A stretch of DNA of 51,247 nt from Candidatus Dadabacteria bacterium (GTDB lineage: Bacteria; Bdellovibrionota_C; UBA2361; J046). Below are positions 1 to 9,828 of the stretch, piece by piece. Below the pieces are notes generated by a model, which saw nothing but the letters and a program-made list of their open reading frames with translations, searched no databases and had not been told where the DNA came from. Numbering within the stretch: the first letter of the stretch is position 1; each line of letters opens with the position of its first letter. The translations under genes were made by a program, and so were the position numbers. The stretch spans positions 1 to 51,247 of the forward strand of contig RFHI01000104.1 in NCBI GenBank assembly GCA_003696425.1. The letters are read 5' to 3'.

Positions 1-1477
1 CATTATATTTGCCGGAAGGTTTTTTCATTTTAATCCGCTTTACTTCCTTTAAAGTTCCGGCATCGTAAATTACCAGCGCTCCATCCATATCCCAGATGCT
101 TACAAGCGCGTAGCGGCCATAGCGGTCAAACTCAATATGCGCTGATGTTTTACCGGGCGCAGGAATAAGCGTCTTAACAATCTTAAGAGTCTTTTTATCT
201 ATAACGTGAATTTTATCTCTATTCGGTCCAAAGAAAACATCAGCCCAAAAGTAGGGGCTTTTTTCGTGGCTTCTTATAAAAAATCCGGGTCCCGCAGTCT
301 TAATCTCTTTAACCGTCTTCCAGCTACTCATATCAATTACTGAAATTAAACCTTTCCCGAGATTCGGCAAAGCCATAACCCGCCTGCCATGATAATCAAA
401 ACTTATCCCTGCCCCCAGATGCGGCATGCCGGAAAGTTTAATCCTGGCAAGCTCTCTGCCACTATCAAGGTCAAGTACCAGCGCAGACTGTTCAGCCCTC
501 GAAGCTCCGATAAGCTCGCTATAGCTCTGATTAAAAAAGAAATCATCTATAAAGCTCTCTGTTTTTATTTTGCGTAGTCCCCGGTCTCTTTTAACGGCGC
601 TGTAAGGAAACTCCCAGACCTCTTTAATATCCTTAAGCGCCAAAATAAAACTCTTCCTGGGCGGAGCTGAATAAACAGCACTTACCCGTGATGAACGCCC
701 ACCGCTCTTAACCGCTAACACTCTTAAGACCGAAAAATTTTCAGCATCAAGAATTGCCAGCGTATGTGGCAGGTAATTTGCCGCAGCCAGATATTTGCCG
801 TCAGCTGATACGGCAATATTACGAATGTTAATTCCGGCCCTCACTCTGTTACATAGCTTTAAGGTATAAAGGTCATATCTGCTAATCCAGCCATCGCGAG
901 AGGCAATATAAGCATAGCGTCCACCAGGCGAAAATTTTACTCCACCGTGCACTGCAAAGTCAGTCTTAAGACGCTTAAGTGGCACAAGCTTATCGCCATC
1001 AAGCACAGTAATATGATGATCGCCAAGCTCTACAATAACAAATAAATTTAGCGGATCAATTCCAGCAGGCAGCAATGATTTGTCATCAGGCTTACAGCCA
1101 AAATCCTGCCTGCTTTTTTCAATATTTTTTTTGCTCCACTCAGGAACACTTTTAAGCGGACTATATATAAACTCTATAAGACTCTTAATTTCCTTTTCAT
1201 TCAGCAGCGCGCCAAAAGGCGGCATCTGGGTAGCTACACGGCCATTTTTTATCACAGCCACTGCCTCAGTCTTTTTTAAACGTGAAAGATTTTCAGGTAA
1301 AAGCGCAGGCCCCATAGCACCTAGCCGCCCGCTTCCATGGCAACTGGCGCAATAGTTTTTATATAGTATACTTACCGGCTGGCTGCCGGAGTTTTTACTA
1401 TGTAGCAGCAACTTCTCCGTGTTACTGCAACCTGTAAAAATTGCAATTAACACAAACAATAGAGCTTTAGGATTCAT
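1..1477 (-). CDS. c-type cytochrome fused to a cytochrome d1 (cd1 nitrite-reductase-like, NirS/NirN/NirF family) beta-propeller; lipoprotein; C-terminus runs off the window
   Basis: Missing from the ORF track because no stop lies inside the window. Hand translation of the minus strand from the ATG at 1477 stays open to position 1. It reads MNPKALLFVLIAIFTGC (lipobox), YKNYCASCHGSGRLGAMGP (CxxCH haem-c site), then AVHGGVKFSPGGRYAYIASRDGWISRYDL and RYALVSIWDMDGALVIYDAGTLKEVKRIKMKKPSGKYN, which resemble cd1 propeller blades. The start overlaps the upstream gene's stop by 11 nt. Confidence 0.7.
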   Translation of the reverse strand, partial: MNPKALLFVLIAIFTGCSNTEKLLLHSKNSGSQPVSILYKNYCASCHGSGRLGAMGPALLPENLSRLKKTEAVAVIKNGRVATQMPPFGALLNEKEIKSLIEFIYSPLKSVPEWSKKNIEKSRQDFGCKPDDKSLLPAGIDPLNLFVIVELGDHHITVLDGDKLVPLKRLKTDFAVHGGVKFSPGGRYAYIASRDGWISRYDLYTLKLCNRVRAGINIRNIAVSADGKYLAAANYLPHTLAILDAENFSVLRVLAVKSGGRSSRVSAVYSAPPRKSFILALKDIKEVWEFPYSAVKRDRGLRKIKTESFIDDFFFNQSYSELIGASRAEQSALVLDLDSGRELARIKLSGMPHLGAGISFDYHGRRVMALPNLGKGLISVIDMSSWKTVKEIKTAGPGFFIRSHEKSPYFWADVFFGPNRDKIHVIDKKTLKIVKTLIPAPGKTSAHIEFDRYGRYALVSIWDMDGALVIYDAGTLKEVKRIKMKKPSGKYN

Positions 1478-2180
1478 TCAGCCCCCCTCCTGCTAGACTA
1501 AGGTAAACAGCCGATGAAATTCCAGCTGAACCAAAAATCATGCACATGACAACTATCTGGTAACGCGCAGCGATTAGCGGCGAAACCCCTGAAAGTATCT
1601 GCCCGGTCATCATACCGGGAAGCGAGACAAGTCCTACGGCAAATAGAGCATTGGTAATCGGTATAAGCGATGCGCGGTATGCAACGGCGCGCGCATCCAG
1701 AAAACCTGTTCCTGAGGCAATCTCAGAGCCATAGCGCTCAAGCGCAAGACTTACCGCATTCATTGAGTTGGAAAAAATCATGCCCGCCAGCGGAATAATA
1801 AAGCGCGGCTCATACCACGGCTGCACTCTTAAAGCTGCCTGCGTTACCAGAGCCAGGACAGGAAGCGATCCAATAGATATGGCCCAAAGCGTCCTGAAAT
1901 ACCCTTGCCTGTTTTTTTCCTTTAGCGGCCTGATGGCTATCCAAGCTGATATCAGCAACATAAATAACAGCACCAGCCCGATTACCAGAGGACTGTTGGA
2001 GTTAAAAATCATGCTAAGCAAGTAGCCAACCAGAATAAGTTGAACTATCATCCGGATTGTAGCATAAACTACTGTAGTAGCGCCGGTTTGCCAGCGAAAA
2101 AATATAATAAACACTACGGCAACCGGAATTAGCATTAAGGTAAGACGAATGAGTGAAATATTCTGTACAATATCGTTCAT
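1467..2180 (-). CDS. fetB: FetB/YbbM (UPF0014) family ABC-type permease
   Basis: 237-aa polytopic membrane protein. Motifs IRMIVQLILVGYLL, IIPLAGMIFSNSMNAVSLALERY and VGLVSLPGMMTGQILSGVSPLIAARYQIVVM align with my recollection of E. coli FetB. Confidence 0.75.
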   Translation of the reverse strand: MNDIVQNISLIRLTLMLIPVAVVFIIFFRWQTGATTVVYATIRMIVQLILVGYLLSMIFNSNSPLVIGLVLLFMLLISAWIAIRPLKEKNRQGYFRTLWAISIGSLPVLALVTQAALRVQPWYEPRFIIPLAGMIFSNSMNAVSLALERYGSEIASGTGFLDARAVAYRASLIPITNALFAVGLVSLPGMMTGQILSGVSPLIAARYQIVVMCMIFGSAGISSAVYLSLAGGGLNES

Positions 2181-2217
2181 AGCGCTCTCCTAAAATTAAA
2201 AGGAAAGACAAGTTATA

Positions 2218-2655
2218 ATGAGACGACGCCGTTTTTTTATATTTTTATCTTTAACGCTGCTCTTTGCAGCATTAACCGCATGGGAAGCTTTTCACCTCTA
2301 TAAGCTAATTGCAAGCTATCGGGCCACACAGGCCGAAGTTGTTGAGTCAGTTGTGGTAGAACATAAAGTGCCCGGCAGACGCAGGCAAAAAAACGTCCGT
2401 CACATCAAAACCACGGTAAAATTTAAGCTTGCAGATGGAAGTGAACAACTTGCCCACTATTTTGATTACGATAACCGCTATCACCACCGCAGCCCGCTTA
2501 AAAAAGGCGAAAAAATACAGATCTTTTACGATCCGGAAACGCCCGAACAGATTACTGCCGGAAAGCGGATTAGCTTTCAAAACTGGCTTGAAGCTCTTTT
2601 TTACCTGGCCTGCACTGTGCTGGCACTCAGGAAGACTTTACAATATCGGGACTAA
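2218..2655 (+). CDS. small membrane protein with N- and C-terminal TM helices (DUF3592-like topology)
   Basis: 145-aa ORF with an ATG start. It has an RRRRF + hydrophobic N-terminus, a soluble middle and a C-terminal hydrophobic segment (WLEALFYLACTVLAL). Confidence 0.4.
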   Translation: MRRRRFFIFLSLTLLFAALTAWEAFHLYKLIASYRATQAEVVESVVVEHKVPGRRRQKNVRHIKTTVKFKLADGSEQLAHYFDYDNRYHHRSPLKKGEKIQIFYDPETPEQITAGKRISFQNWLEALFYLACTVLALRKTLQYRD

Positions 2656-2669
2656 TCAGCTAACTGGCC

Positions 2670-3122
2670 CTACAGCTTCTCTTCAAGCAGTTTATCTATT
2701 GAATATTTACCTGCTCCGCCAATCATTACTGTTAACGCAAGACCAATCGCCAAAAGATGATACTCAAAACCTTCGCCGGCCTGCTGTCCAAACCAGTTCA
2801 TAAAAAAGCCATTCTGCCAGTGCACCATAGCAATTGCCCCGGCCATGATCATAAAAATTCCAAAAGCACAGAACCTGGTTATACATCCAAAGATAAGGCC
2901 CAAAGAGCCAAGTGATTCACCTAAAATTACAAGCAACGCCACAACAGCCGGCATACCCATACCGGTAAAATGATGATAAGTTCCGCTGAAACCATAGCCA
3001 CCAAAAAGCCCAAGTGTTTTTTGAAGACCGTGCGGCAGAAAAACAACTCCAAGCATTACCCGTGCCACAGTGAGCTCTACTCCAGCCTTTGTAGCAAGAA
3101 AGCATTTCAGTTTTTCTTTCAT
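2670..3122 (-). CDS. DoxX family membrane protein
   Basis: 150 aa with four hydrophobic segments. RVMLGVVFLPHGLQKTLGLFGGYG and a GGAGKYSID C-terminus are typical of DoxX/YphA. Confidence 0.75.
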   Translation of the reverse strand: MKEKLKCFLATKAGVELTVARVMLGVVFLPHGLQKTLGLFGGYGFSGTYHHFTGMGMPAVVALLVILGESLGSLGLIFGCITRFCAFGIFMIMAGAIAMVHWQNGFFMNWFGQQAGEGFEYHLLAIGLALTVMIGGAGKYSIDKLLEEKL

Positions 3123-3284
3123 AGCCTGAAACCTCCCAAATACTTTACTCAGTTATATAAGTTTTAACACAGCCCGGCAGACACTGCCAACCCTCCGTAA
3201 CGTATAGCTTTATTATAGGGATTGTACTTCGACCGATCGCCGATGCCATCTTTTAGGGCATAACCGTAAAGCTGCACTCAGGCC

Positions 3285-5063
3285 TTACGATTCAAGTCTT
3301 GTCCTTAAATCGTGTGCTATCAGTTCAAAGGCGTTAACAAGACCATTCCCATCCGAAACGTTTACAAAGAGACCTTCTGGTTTGCCAACCATTTCAGGTC
3401 CATTAGGCACACAGGGAAATTTCCAAAAATAAGATGCACTGTATCCTGCTGGCATCGGGTTAGGCAAAACAGTTGGATTTTTAAGTCTTGTCTGGTCGTT
3501 AGCTAATAGGGCCATGAAAGCTTCTTTCACCTGTTCAGCATATTGGCTGCCAATAGCAGCATTGTTTTTTTGACGACCATCCTGAAAGGGAGAATAAAAA
3601 ATCCGTGATGCCGGATAGGGATCATCAACTCGCGACGGATACACATTTGGATCAATTGGACCAAGTCCAACAGTATATACAATAATACCCCGCCTTTGCG
3701 CAGCTTGCGCTTCAAGGATAGCATCCATAAAGCGAAGCCTGCGTTGCAGCTCATAATTATTGTTGTTGGGCCCTTTGCTTGGAACCTGGTCAGCATTATA
3801 ACCAAAAAGAGTGTCTTTATCGTATTCAACATATCGCTTTTCAATAGATGCTAATGCCGGCACTCCCAACTGTCGTAGCTGCAATTTGTTCTCTTCTAGC
3901 GTTCTATCACCACACTGCAGGAAATACATATCAGTATCTACTGAATCATATGGATTTTGCAGTATGGCTTTATGAGCCATATCAGCTGAGGAAAGCGGCC
4001 CTGAATAAGCCCCTGGTTCAGTAGCCGGACTTCCATCAGTGAACAAAATAATGGTTCTCTGCGTATTAGGCGGAGGGTCTCCCACAAAAAGATTGCGTGC
4101 CTTATATAGTCCTGCACCAATATTGGTGTTACCGTATAAATCCAGTGCATTTATCAAATTTTTAAAATTTTGCCTGGTAGCTGAGTTTTTGTCTCCCATC
4201 ATAACAAAAGGACTTGAGCTGCACGTAGCTGGCTGTGGCGGTGAAATACTGCTGGAATAGTCCGGACAGGGATATTCTACACGAGCATCATTAGCATAAT
4301 TTGCAAGACGCTCCTCAGCGGTAAGAGCTGTGTAGTCTGCAGGCACTGTTTTAACTGCCGGAGATACATCCTTACTGTAATTTGAAGCAAAGGTTACTAT
4401 TGTAGCTTCATCAAACGGTAACATCATGTCGAGAAACTTATTGGCTGCATATTTGGCCGCACACAGCCTGTCGCTGCAACCAGGTGGTGGATTAGGAATT
4501 GACCGGTTCATTGACCAGGACATGTCCAGCACGAGTACCACTTCAAGCTTGGTATTTACAGCTTTAGCTGCAGCACTTACCTGGGTAAATTTATCTATCC
4601 CTGGTATTACATTAAGAAAATGAAGACTGGGAGTTCTTCTTAGAGCAATATTAACTTGCTGTCGATTGTCACTGATGTCAATGCACAGCGGACTGGTTAA
4701 TGCTGCATCTGAATTACAAGTGGGAGGCAGAGAATTTTTTGGATCAGGGGCAAGTTTATCAATTTCTTGCTGACTGTAATTCATAAGAGCAAGGTTCTCT
4801 CTTATCAGCTTAACCATGCGGGCACGGACCTGATCTGTAGTAGTATCTATCTGAAAAACCAAAACCCTTCCCCCAGCAAGTGCTGAAGCATCTACCACTG
4901 TCTGAAGCTGTCGCTTGGTCAGAAACAGGTTAGCACAATCAACTGCCAGGCCAATTAAACCAATAATAGCAATCAGAGCAGCCGCGGCGATCACCAAAAA
5001 GACCCCATGCTCGTCGCCATATACCTTGCTCTTATTCAACGCCCTAAAAGACCGATACTGCAT
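3285..5063 (-). CDS. TadG-like pilus-assembly protein with von Willebrand factor A domain
   Basis: 592 aa. The N-terminus GVFLVIAAAALIAIIGLIGLAVDCANLFLTKRQLQTVVDASALAGG matches the Tad N-terminal (TadE/G-like) segment. VVLVLDMSWSM is a DxSxS MIDAS motif of a vWA domain. Overlaps the upstream ORF by 20 nt. Confidence 0.75.
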   Translation of the reverse strand: MQYRSFRALNKSKVYGDEHGVFLVIAAAALIAIIGLIGLAVDCANLFLTKRQLQTVVDASALAGGRVLVFQIDTTTDQVRARMVKLIRENLALMNYSQQEIDKLAPDPKNSLPPTCNSDAALTSPLCIDISDNRQQVNIALRRTPSLHFLNVIPGIDKFTQVSAAAKAVNTKLEVVLVLDMSWSMNRSIPNPPPGCSDRLCAAKYAANKFLDMMLPFDEATIVTFASNYSKDVSPAVKTVPADYTALTAEERLANYANDARVEYPCPDYSSSISPPQPATCSSSPFVMMGDKNSATRQNFKNLINALDLYGNTNIGAGLYKARNLFVGDPPPNTQRTIILFTDGSPATEPGAYSGPLSSADMAHKAILQNPYDSVDTDMYFLQCGDRTLEENKLQLRQLGVPALASIEKRYVEYDKDTLFGYNADQVPSKGPNNNNYELQRRLRFMDAILEAQAAQRRGIIVYTVGLGPIDPNVYPSRVDDPYPASRIFYSPFQDGRQKNNAAIGSQYAEQVKEAFMALLANDQTRLKNPTVLPNPMPAGYSASYFWKFPCVPNGPEMVGKPEGLFVNVSDGNGLVNAFELIAHDLRTRLES

Positions 5064-5631
5064 ATAACTCCCGTTTTAAATTATCCGATAATAGCGGAAT
5101 AACCGAAAAAAGCGGTTGGTTTTCATAAAACACTTCAGAATAGACCAAAACTTCATGATCTCTTAATAAGGCTGCTTGCTCGCTCGGTGTGGGATAATCC
5201 GGAAGAAAATACTCTTTACTTATCTTCCCTACGACACCTGCAGGATAGCTTACGGTGTCAATCGGTTCATCTATATATGCTCCTTCCTTAGGGATGCCAG
5301 GGTTAGGATTCCAACGCACAACACTTACTTTAAATTTCACACCTGGTAGAATCGCTTCGATCTGGCTACCTATTTCGTTCACGATTCGCGTATTAAGACA
5401 TTCAAGCGTCCCCCCGGGAGCAGCGCCTTTAGCTCTGCTGGCACACAACCTTAAGGCAGCAGCTCCTAACTGTCTGCTAACAGCAACCAATGTATTTTGA
5501 TTCTGTATTAAACGGGAATACTCAAAACCTCCGTAAAAAAACATAATTATTAACGGTAATGCAATCGCAAGTTCAACCAAGGCCGAACCATCCGACCTCC
5601 GAATTATCTGCTTCAACACAGCATTCATCAT
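5044..5631 (-). CDS. TadE-like pseudopilin-type protein
   Basis: 195 aa. The N-terminus GSALVELAIALPLIIMFFYGGFEYSRL is the TadE-like hydrophobic segment. Confidence 0.65.
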   Translation of the reverse strand: MMNAVLKQIIRRSDGSALVELAIALPLIIMFFYGGFEYSRLIQNQNTLVAVSRQLGAAALRLCASRAKGAAPGGTLECLNTRIVNEIGSQIEAILPGVKFKVSVVRWNPNPGIPKEGAYIDEPIDTVSYPAGVVGKISKEYFLPDYPTPSEQAALLRDHEVLVYSEVFYENQPLFSVIPLLSDNLKRELYAVSVF

Positions 5632-5695
5632 GCCCGTAAATCATCCGGAACTAAAATAGCCTGAAGCCCTATAACAAAAACAGCTATAAATAATA

Positions 5696-6259
5696 TTAGT
5701 ATATTTCTACCATACCGCCAGTAAATTTGTTACCACCCTTTCCACCTTTATTATCGCCACCTATTTTAACAGCCAATTCTGTTTGAGATACCTGCTCTAT
5801 CGGGGTCAACTTAAACCCTGGCTCGTTTTGAATCACCGTCGCTGCCGATATTGGTATCCTGGTGTAACCAAAAAAAACGGGCAGGCTCGTTTTCGCACTT
5901 ATATACATCCAGCGCATAGCATCACCACGCGTATTTGTAGAACAGTCAGGAGCAGCTTTCTCAACCTCACACATAGAGAAATCGTCGTGAGACACATTAA
6001 TATTACTAAGCTGGATTACTTTTTTGCGAACTGAGTTTACGCCCGGCTCCGTTGTGCTGAGATCACTGCTTTCAGCTAATCCAAGCTCAGCCCAGCGCCC
6101 TGCTCGAATAACCGCAGATTTAAGTAGTGCGGCATTATAAGCTATTCTTATCAAATCTGTACCGAATAAAATTGCTGTTAGGAATACCAGAATACCCAGA
6201 AGTGATTCAATCAGCACACCACCCTTTTCGCGTCTTAAGCTACCACCACTTTCTACCAT
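5696..6259 (-). CDS. TadE-like protein (second paralogue), Gly/Lys-rich C-terminus
   Basis: 187 aa. N-terminus GGVLIESLLGILVFLTAILFGTDLIRIAYN; C-terminus GGDNKGGKGGNKFTGG. Confidence 0.55.
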   Translation of the reverse strand: MVESGGSLRREKGGVLIESLLGILVFLTAILFGTDLIRIAYNAALLKSAVIRAGRWAELGLAESSDLSTTEPGVNSVRKKVIQLSNINVSHDDFSMCEVEKAAPDCSTNTRGDAMRWMYISAKTSLPVFFGYTRIPISAATVIQNEPGFKLTPIEQVSQTELAVKIGGDNKGGKGGNKFTGGMVEIY

Positions 6260-6506
6260 TTCTCATTACCCTACTAATAATATTGCTACACTTCACTAAG
6301 AGGGGTAACAAGCAAAGTTTATGCCAGACCCAGCCAAAGACTTTTATTGTGCAGTACTTAGATAATACGTTACTAGGAAATATTCGTATCTAAATTATTA
6401 TCTACATTAGCACTTAGAATTAAAAGCTATAGTCTATCCTTCCGGGCAACCTTACAGCTATCATAATATAAGCAGCACTATAACAAAAACTGCGGGAGAG
6501 CTATCC

Positions 6507-7085
6507 TCAGAACAAATCAACATGCAATCCGGCAAAATAGTGGTTTGTGCCTCCACTTCGCCCAAGGCCAATTACAGGTCCGATATGCAGGCCGTTTAGA
6601 TCGAAGCCATAACCTATATCATAATGCATGGAAAATTTTTCCAGATATCTGCCATCGTGTTTGTCGAACTCGATTCCTGGTGAAACTGAAACCACCAGAT
6701 CCCGCCAGGGGTAAAGCGCTACTGTCCCCATCAGGTTATAGTGCGGGTTATCAGTAAAGACGACTTCCGCTCCTGCTCCAATTCCAATTAGCCGGGGCGG
6801 AAAATCAGTACTAAATTTTCTGATTATATGAAAATGTGTCCCTACTGCTGATTCATCACCATCACTGTGACGCTCTTCGTGTTCATCTTCGTGGTGTTCA
6901 GCCTCAGATGAGCTGTGCCCCTCAAGGTAAACATATTCAAGCGAAAGGCCAACATCCCAGCTCGCGCCTTCAGAGCTATGGCTGTGCCCGGCACTTTGAT
7001 CTGCGCGCACATCTGTGACGACCAACAGCAGTATCACCATTAAGCAGTGCGGGGCTTTCGAAAGATTTTCTTTTAAATAAGTCAT
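6507..7085 (-). CDS. secreted His/Asp/Glu-rich protein, possibly a small outer-membrane beta-barrel or metal-binding protein
   Basis: 192 aa with signal peptide KAPHCLMVILLLVVTDVRA/DQ. The His/acidic tract is GHSHSSEG...SSEAEHHEDEHEERHSDGDES. The C-terminal half has alternating hydrophobic beta-like segments and ends in ...GLHVDLF (terminal Phe). Confidence 0.45.
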   Translation of the reverse strand: MTYLKENLSKAPHCLMVILLLVVTDVRADQSAGHSHSSEGASWDVGLSLEYVYLEGHSSSEAEHHEDEHEERHSDGDESAVGTHFHIIRKFSTDFPPRLIGIGAGAEVVFTDNPHYNLMGTVALYPWRDLVVSVSPGIEFDKHDGRYLEKFSMHYDIGYGFDLNGLHIGPVIGLGRSGGTNHYFAGLHVDLF

Positions 7086-7094
7086 AAGCGGGTA

Positions 7095-7123
7095 ATTGTA
7101 GAGACATGATAGATGCCTGTCAA
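7095..7123 (-). promoter_or_regulatory. near-consensus sigma70-type promoter (TTGACA-N17-TACAAT) for the His-rich protein gene
   Basis: The minus strand reads TTGACAggcatctatcatgtctcTACAATtacccgcttATG. Only 9 nt separate the -10 from the ATG at 7085, and there is no Shine-Dalgarno. Confidence 0.45.
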
Positions 7124-7270
7124 GCGCTCGCTACAGCGAGCAAAAGGATGTCCTGCTGGGAAGAAACTGCCAGTCCAGTGAGCACGGAGTGCGAACGCCC
7201 ATCAGCCCCCGCTGCGTGCAGCGAGCGTTGTGTTAAACATAAGCGAGCGAAACGTTCCCCGAAGTAAAAA

Positions 7271-7347
7271 TGGGGTGGCTGATGGGACTCGAACCCACGA
7301 CAACCGGATCCACAATCCGGGGCTCTACCGACTGAGCTACAGCCACC
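7271..7347 (-). tRNA. tRNA-His (anticodon GTG) with encoded CCA and the His-specific extra 5' G
   Basis: The minus strand reads GGTGGCTGTAGCTCAGTCGGTAGAGCCCCGGATTGTGGATCCGGTTGTCGTGGGTTCGAGTCCCATCAGCCACCCCA. It folds as a cloverleaf with anticodon loop TTGTGGA and a GGTTCGAGTCC T-arm, and is followed by TTTTT. Confidence 0.95.
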
Positions 7348-7685
7348 ATGTCGAACATATCCGGCAGGCCGAACAGAACTGTGACCAATGATTATTTGCA
7401 AACGCGGAGCTGCTTATCAAGCCTGTCAGCAAATTTAACTGGACAACCTTACCCCAAAACAATCTACTATAATTTCAATAGATTACACCCTGCTAGATTT
7501 GGTTAACTCTTTACGAATCCTTTTCCCCTGATACTCCCAGCAGCATAAATAACACAAAAGATGGCACAACTACAAAAGCTATTGTTGCAAACATTACAGT
7601 TACTACAGAACAAACCTGAATTGAACGGCTAAGCACCATAAGATTAAAAACTGCCTGAAATACTATGTCACATCCGTACAGATTC

Positions 7686-7810
7686 TTGCATAACCGTCTT
7701 TGGAAGCTATGGGTTGAGTTCGTTGGTAGCGCTTTGCTGGTCAACGTGTGGGGTCAATCACACAAGCAGGCATCTTAATCGAACCGGGAATGGATTTCCC
7801 GCCCAATCCG
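7686..7810 (+). promoter_or_regulatory. conserved promoter/leader element, copy A, upstream of curlin-repeat gene 1
   Basis: Shares TTGCAT-N16-TATGGG, a 30-nt identical run (7763-7792) and the hairpin CGGGAA-loop-TTCCCG with copy B at 8721-8842. Confidence 0.4.
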
Positions 7811-7936
7811 AAAGCTCAACAATAATTATCTCCTTTTTACTGCAGGCTAAAACTGCAAGTAAACAGGAGCAGGTGTCAGCTTTCGGCTGGTGTTAACCCG
7901 TAGCATTTAAAGGTTATTTACGACAAGGAGGACGTA

Positions 7937-8500
7937 ATGAAAAACATCACAAGTCGACTCACGCTATTGTCCGCTTTACTTGCAGGTTTTTTCCTTTTGC
8001 CGGGTTCTTTGCTGGCACAGGGCAACCTGGTTTCAATTAAGCAGGTCGAAACCGCTGAAAGTTCCGTTGATTCACTGCAAATCGGCTCCGCACAGACCGC
8101 AGATGTTGCTCAAGTAGGTACAGCTTCAAGTACGATAAACTTTGACCAGACCGGTGACGAAAATTACATGCGTATAGGACAGGGAGAAAATGAAGGCGAT
8201 AAAAACTTATCTCTTGATGCGCTGCAAAAAGGCAGCGGAAATGCTGCACGAGCAATCCAGCTTGGTGCCAACAGCAAGATGAAACTGGATCAACAGGGCG
8301 ACGGACTGTACCTTGCTGCTAGCCAGGCAGGTAGCGACAATTCAATTGATATCGCACAAACAGGCATGGCAAATGCATCAATTGTACATCAAAGAGGCGA
8401 TGCTCTCAGCGCTAAAATACGCCAGGGAGGCTCTTTTAACTCAGCTTACGTTAGCCAGAGCGGCACAAGCAGCAGCGTTAACGTAGCTCAGAGAGACTAA
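7937..8500 (+). CDS. curlin-repeat (CsgA/CsgB-like) secreted protein
   Basis: 187 aa with SD aaGGAGGacgtaATG and a signal peptide ending LLAQG. Repeats follow the S-x5-Q-x-G-x-x-N-x-A-x3-Q pattern, e.g. NSIDIAQTGMANASIVHQRGDALSAKIRQGGSFNSAYVSQSGTSSSVNVAQ. Confidence 0.8.
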   Translation: MKNITSRLTLLSALLAGFFLLPGSLLAQGNLVSIKQVETAESSVDSLQIGSAQTADVAQVGTASSTINFDQTGDENYMRIGQGENEGDKNLSLDALQKGSGNAARAIQLGANSKMKLDQQGDGLYLAASQAGSDNSIDIAQTGMANASIVHQRGDALSAKIRQGGSFNSAYVSQSGTSSSVNVAQRD

Positions 8501-8507
8501 TCCCCCA

Positions 8508-8548
8508 AAAAGTGGCTGTGGCCAATTGTCGGCTTAACAGCCACTTTT
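8508..8548 (+). terminator. putative intrinsic terminator after curlin-repeat gene 1
   Basis: AAAAGTGGCTG...CAGCCACTTTT forms an 11-bp stem (GC core GTGGCTG/CAGCCAC) with a 19-nt loop and a T-run at the 3' side, 8 nt after the stop codon. Confidence 0.45.
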
Positions 8549-8720
8549 CCAGAATCCTTTCATTGCAATGAGTGCCCCTGGTATGTCGTACACCGCAATG
8601 ATCGACATTTCCGGGTGGTATTGTTCTCAATAAACCGCAGTCTAATTTCAAATAAATCCCTGCATCTTACCCGGAAGATGCCGGCACCATCAGAATTTCA
8701 GGTCACACTTTTAAAATGCC

Positions 8721-8842
8721 CTGCATAACCTTTCCTGGAAGCTATGGGTGAAGTTCGGTGGTAGCGCTTCACTGGTCAGCTTGGAGGGTTGGTCAGGCAA
8801 GCAGGCATCTTAATCGAACCGGGAATGTTTTCCCGCCCAATC
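8721..8842 (+). promoter_or_regulatory. conserved promoter/leader element, copy B, upstream of curlin-repeat gene 2
   Basis: CTGCAT-N16-TATGGG, the identical 30-nt run at 8798-8827, and the hairpin CGGGAAtgttTTCCCG. Confidence 0.4.
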
Positions 8843-8969
8843 AGAAAACTTTATTGATTGTCGTTCTGCTCAGCAACGGGTCGCCCCCGGATGGCCGAGA
8901 AACAATCTTACTGTTTTCTGCCTGTGTTCACCCCTGGCAATAAACGGTTAATACATCAAGGAGGGTGTA

Positions 8970-9737
8970 ATGAAGGTTAAAAAATCAAGGATCTTTGGCT
9001 ATTCAGCCGGACTTTTAGCTGCAACACTTGTGATACCAATTACTGCTATGGCGCAGGGCAATACTCTTGACCTGGAACAGGTAAAAACCAGAAACAGCAG
9101 CTTTTATTCAAGCCAACTTGGCCCTGATAATACAATTACAGCTAAACAGTTTGGGGACAACAGCACCGCGGCAGTTTACCAGGCTGGAGTTAATAATTCG
9201 ATCGATCTGGACCAGGGCAATGCCTGGAGCCAAAATATTGCTGTAAAAGCCTTCCAGACAGGAAAAGATAATACAGCCGTAGTAAGACAGCGTGGTTTTG
9301 ACAGCTCCCTAACTCTCTCTCAGTTTGGGGTGGGACACAAAGCTGACGTATACCAGAACGGGAGAAACTTAAACGCCTCTATTTACGAAAGTGGCCTTGA
9401 AAATACCGTCAACGTTAAACAGTACGGTTCAGACAGCCTTCTATCTGCCAGTACATCAGGAGAACGGAACAGCATAGACCTCTCCCAGGGGAACCGGGGA
9501 AGTGAAAACCTGAGGGCATCGGTAACTCAGTATGGACGCGATAATACCGCCTCAGTTAGCCAGGCAGGCTTTGATTCGGATTTGCGAGTCACCCAAATAG
9601 GCGCCGAAAATGCGGCCAGTGTGAGTCAACACGGCCGGGATCTTTCACTGACCCTCAACCAGTATGGCAGTCAGAATAACGCAACAATCAGGCAGGGCGG
9701 AGAGAATAACAGAATTTTCGCCTCCCAAGCTAATTAA
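8970..9737 (+). CDS. curlin-repeat (CsgA-like) secreted protein, longer paralogue
   Basis: 255 aa with SD aaGGAGGgtgtaATG and a signal peptide ending AMAQG. At least 8 imperfect curlin repeats, e.g. NSIDLDQGN..., DNTAVVRQRGFDSSLTLSQFG, DNTASVSQAGFDSDLRVTQIGAENAASVSQHGRDLSLTLNQYGSQNNATIRQGG. Confidence 0.85.
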   Translation: MKVKKSRIFGYSAGLLAATLVIPITAMAQGNTLDLEQVKTRNSSFYSSQLGPDNTITAKQFGDNSTAAVYQAGVNNSIDLDQGNAWSQNIAVKAFQTGKDNTAVVRQRGFDSSLTLSQFGVGHKADVYQNGRNLNASIYESGLENTVNVKQYGSDSLLSASTSGERNSIDLSQGNRGSENLRASVTQYGRDNTASVSQAGFDSDLRVTQIGAENAASVSQHGRDLSLTLNQYGSQNNATIRQGGENNRIFASQAN

Positions 9738-9828
9738 ATAAACAGGATAACCATCCGGCTGGTCCTCGGCGGCCAGCCGGAGAACTTCCTGCTTAAAGAC
9801 ACCGATGGCTGCAAACTCAAAACGTCTT

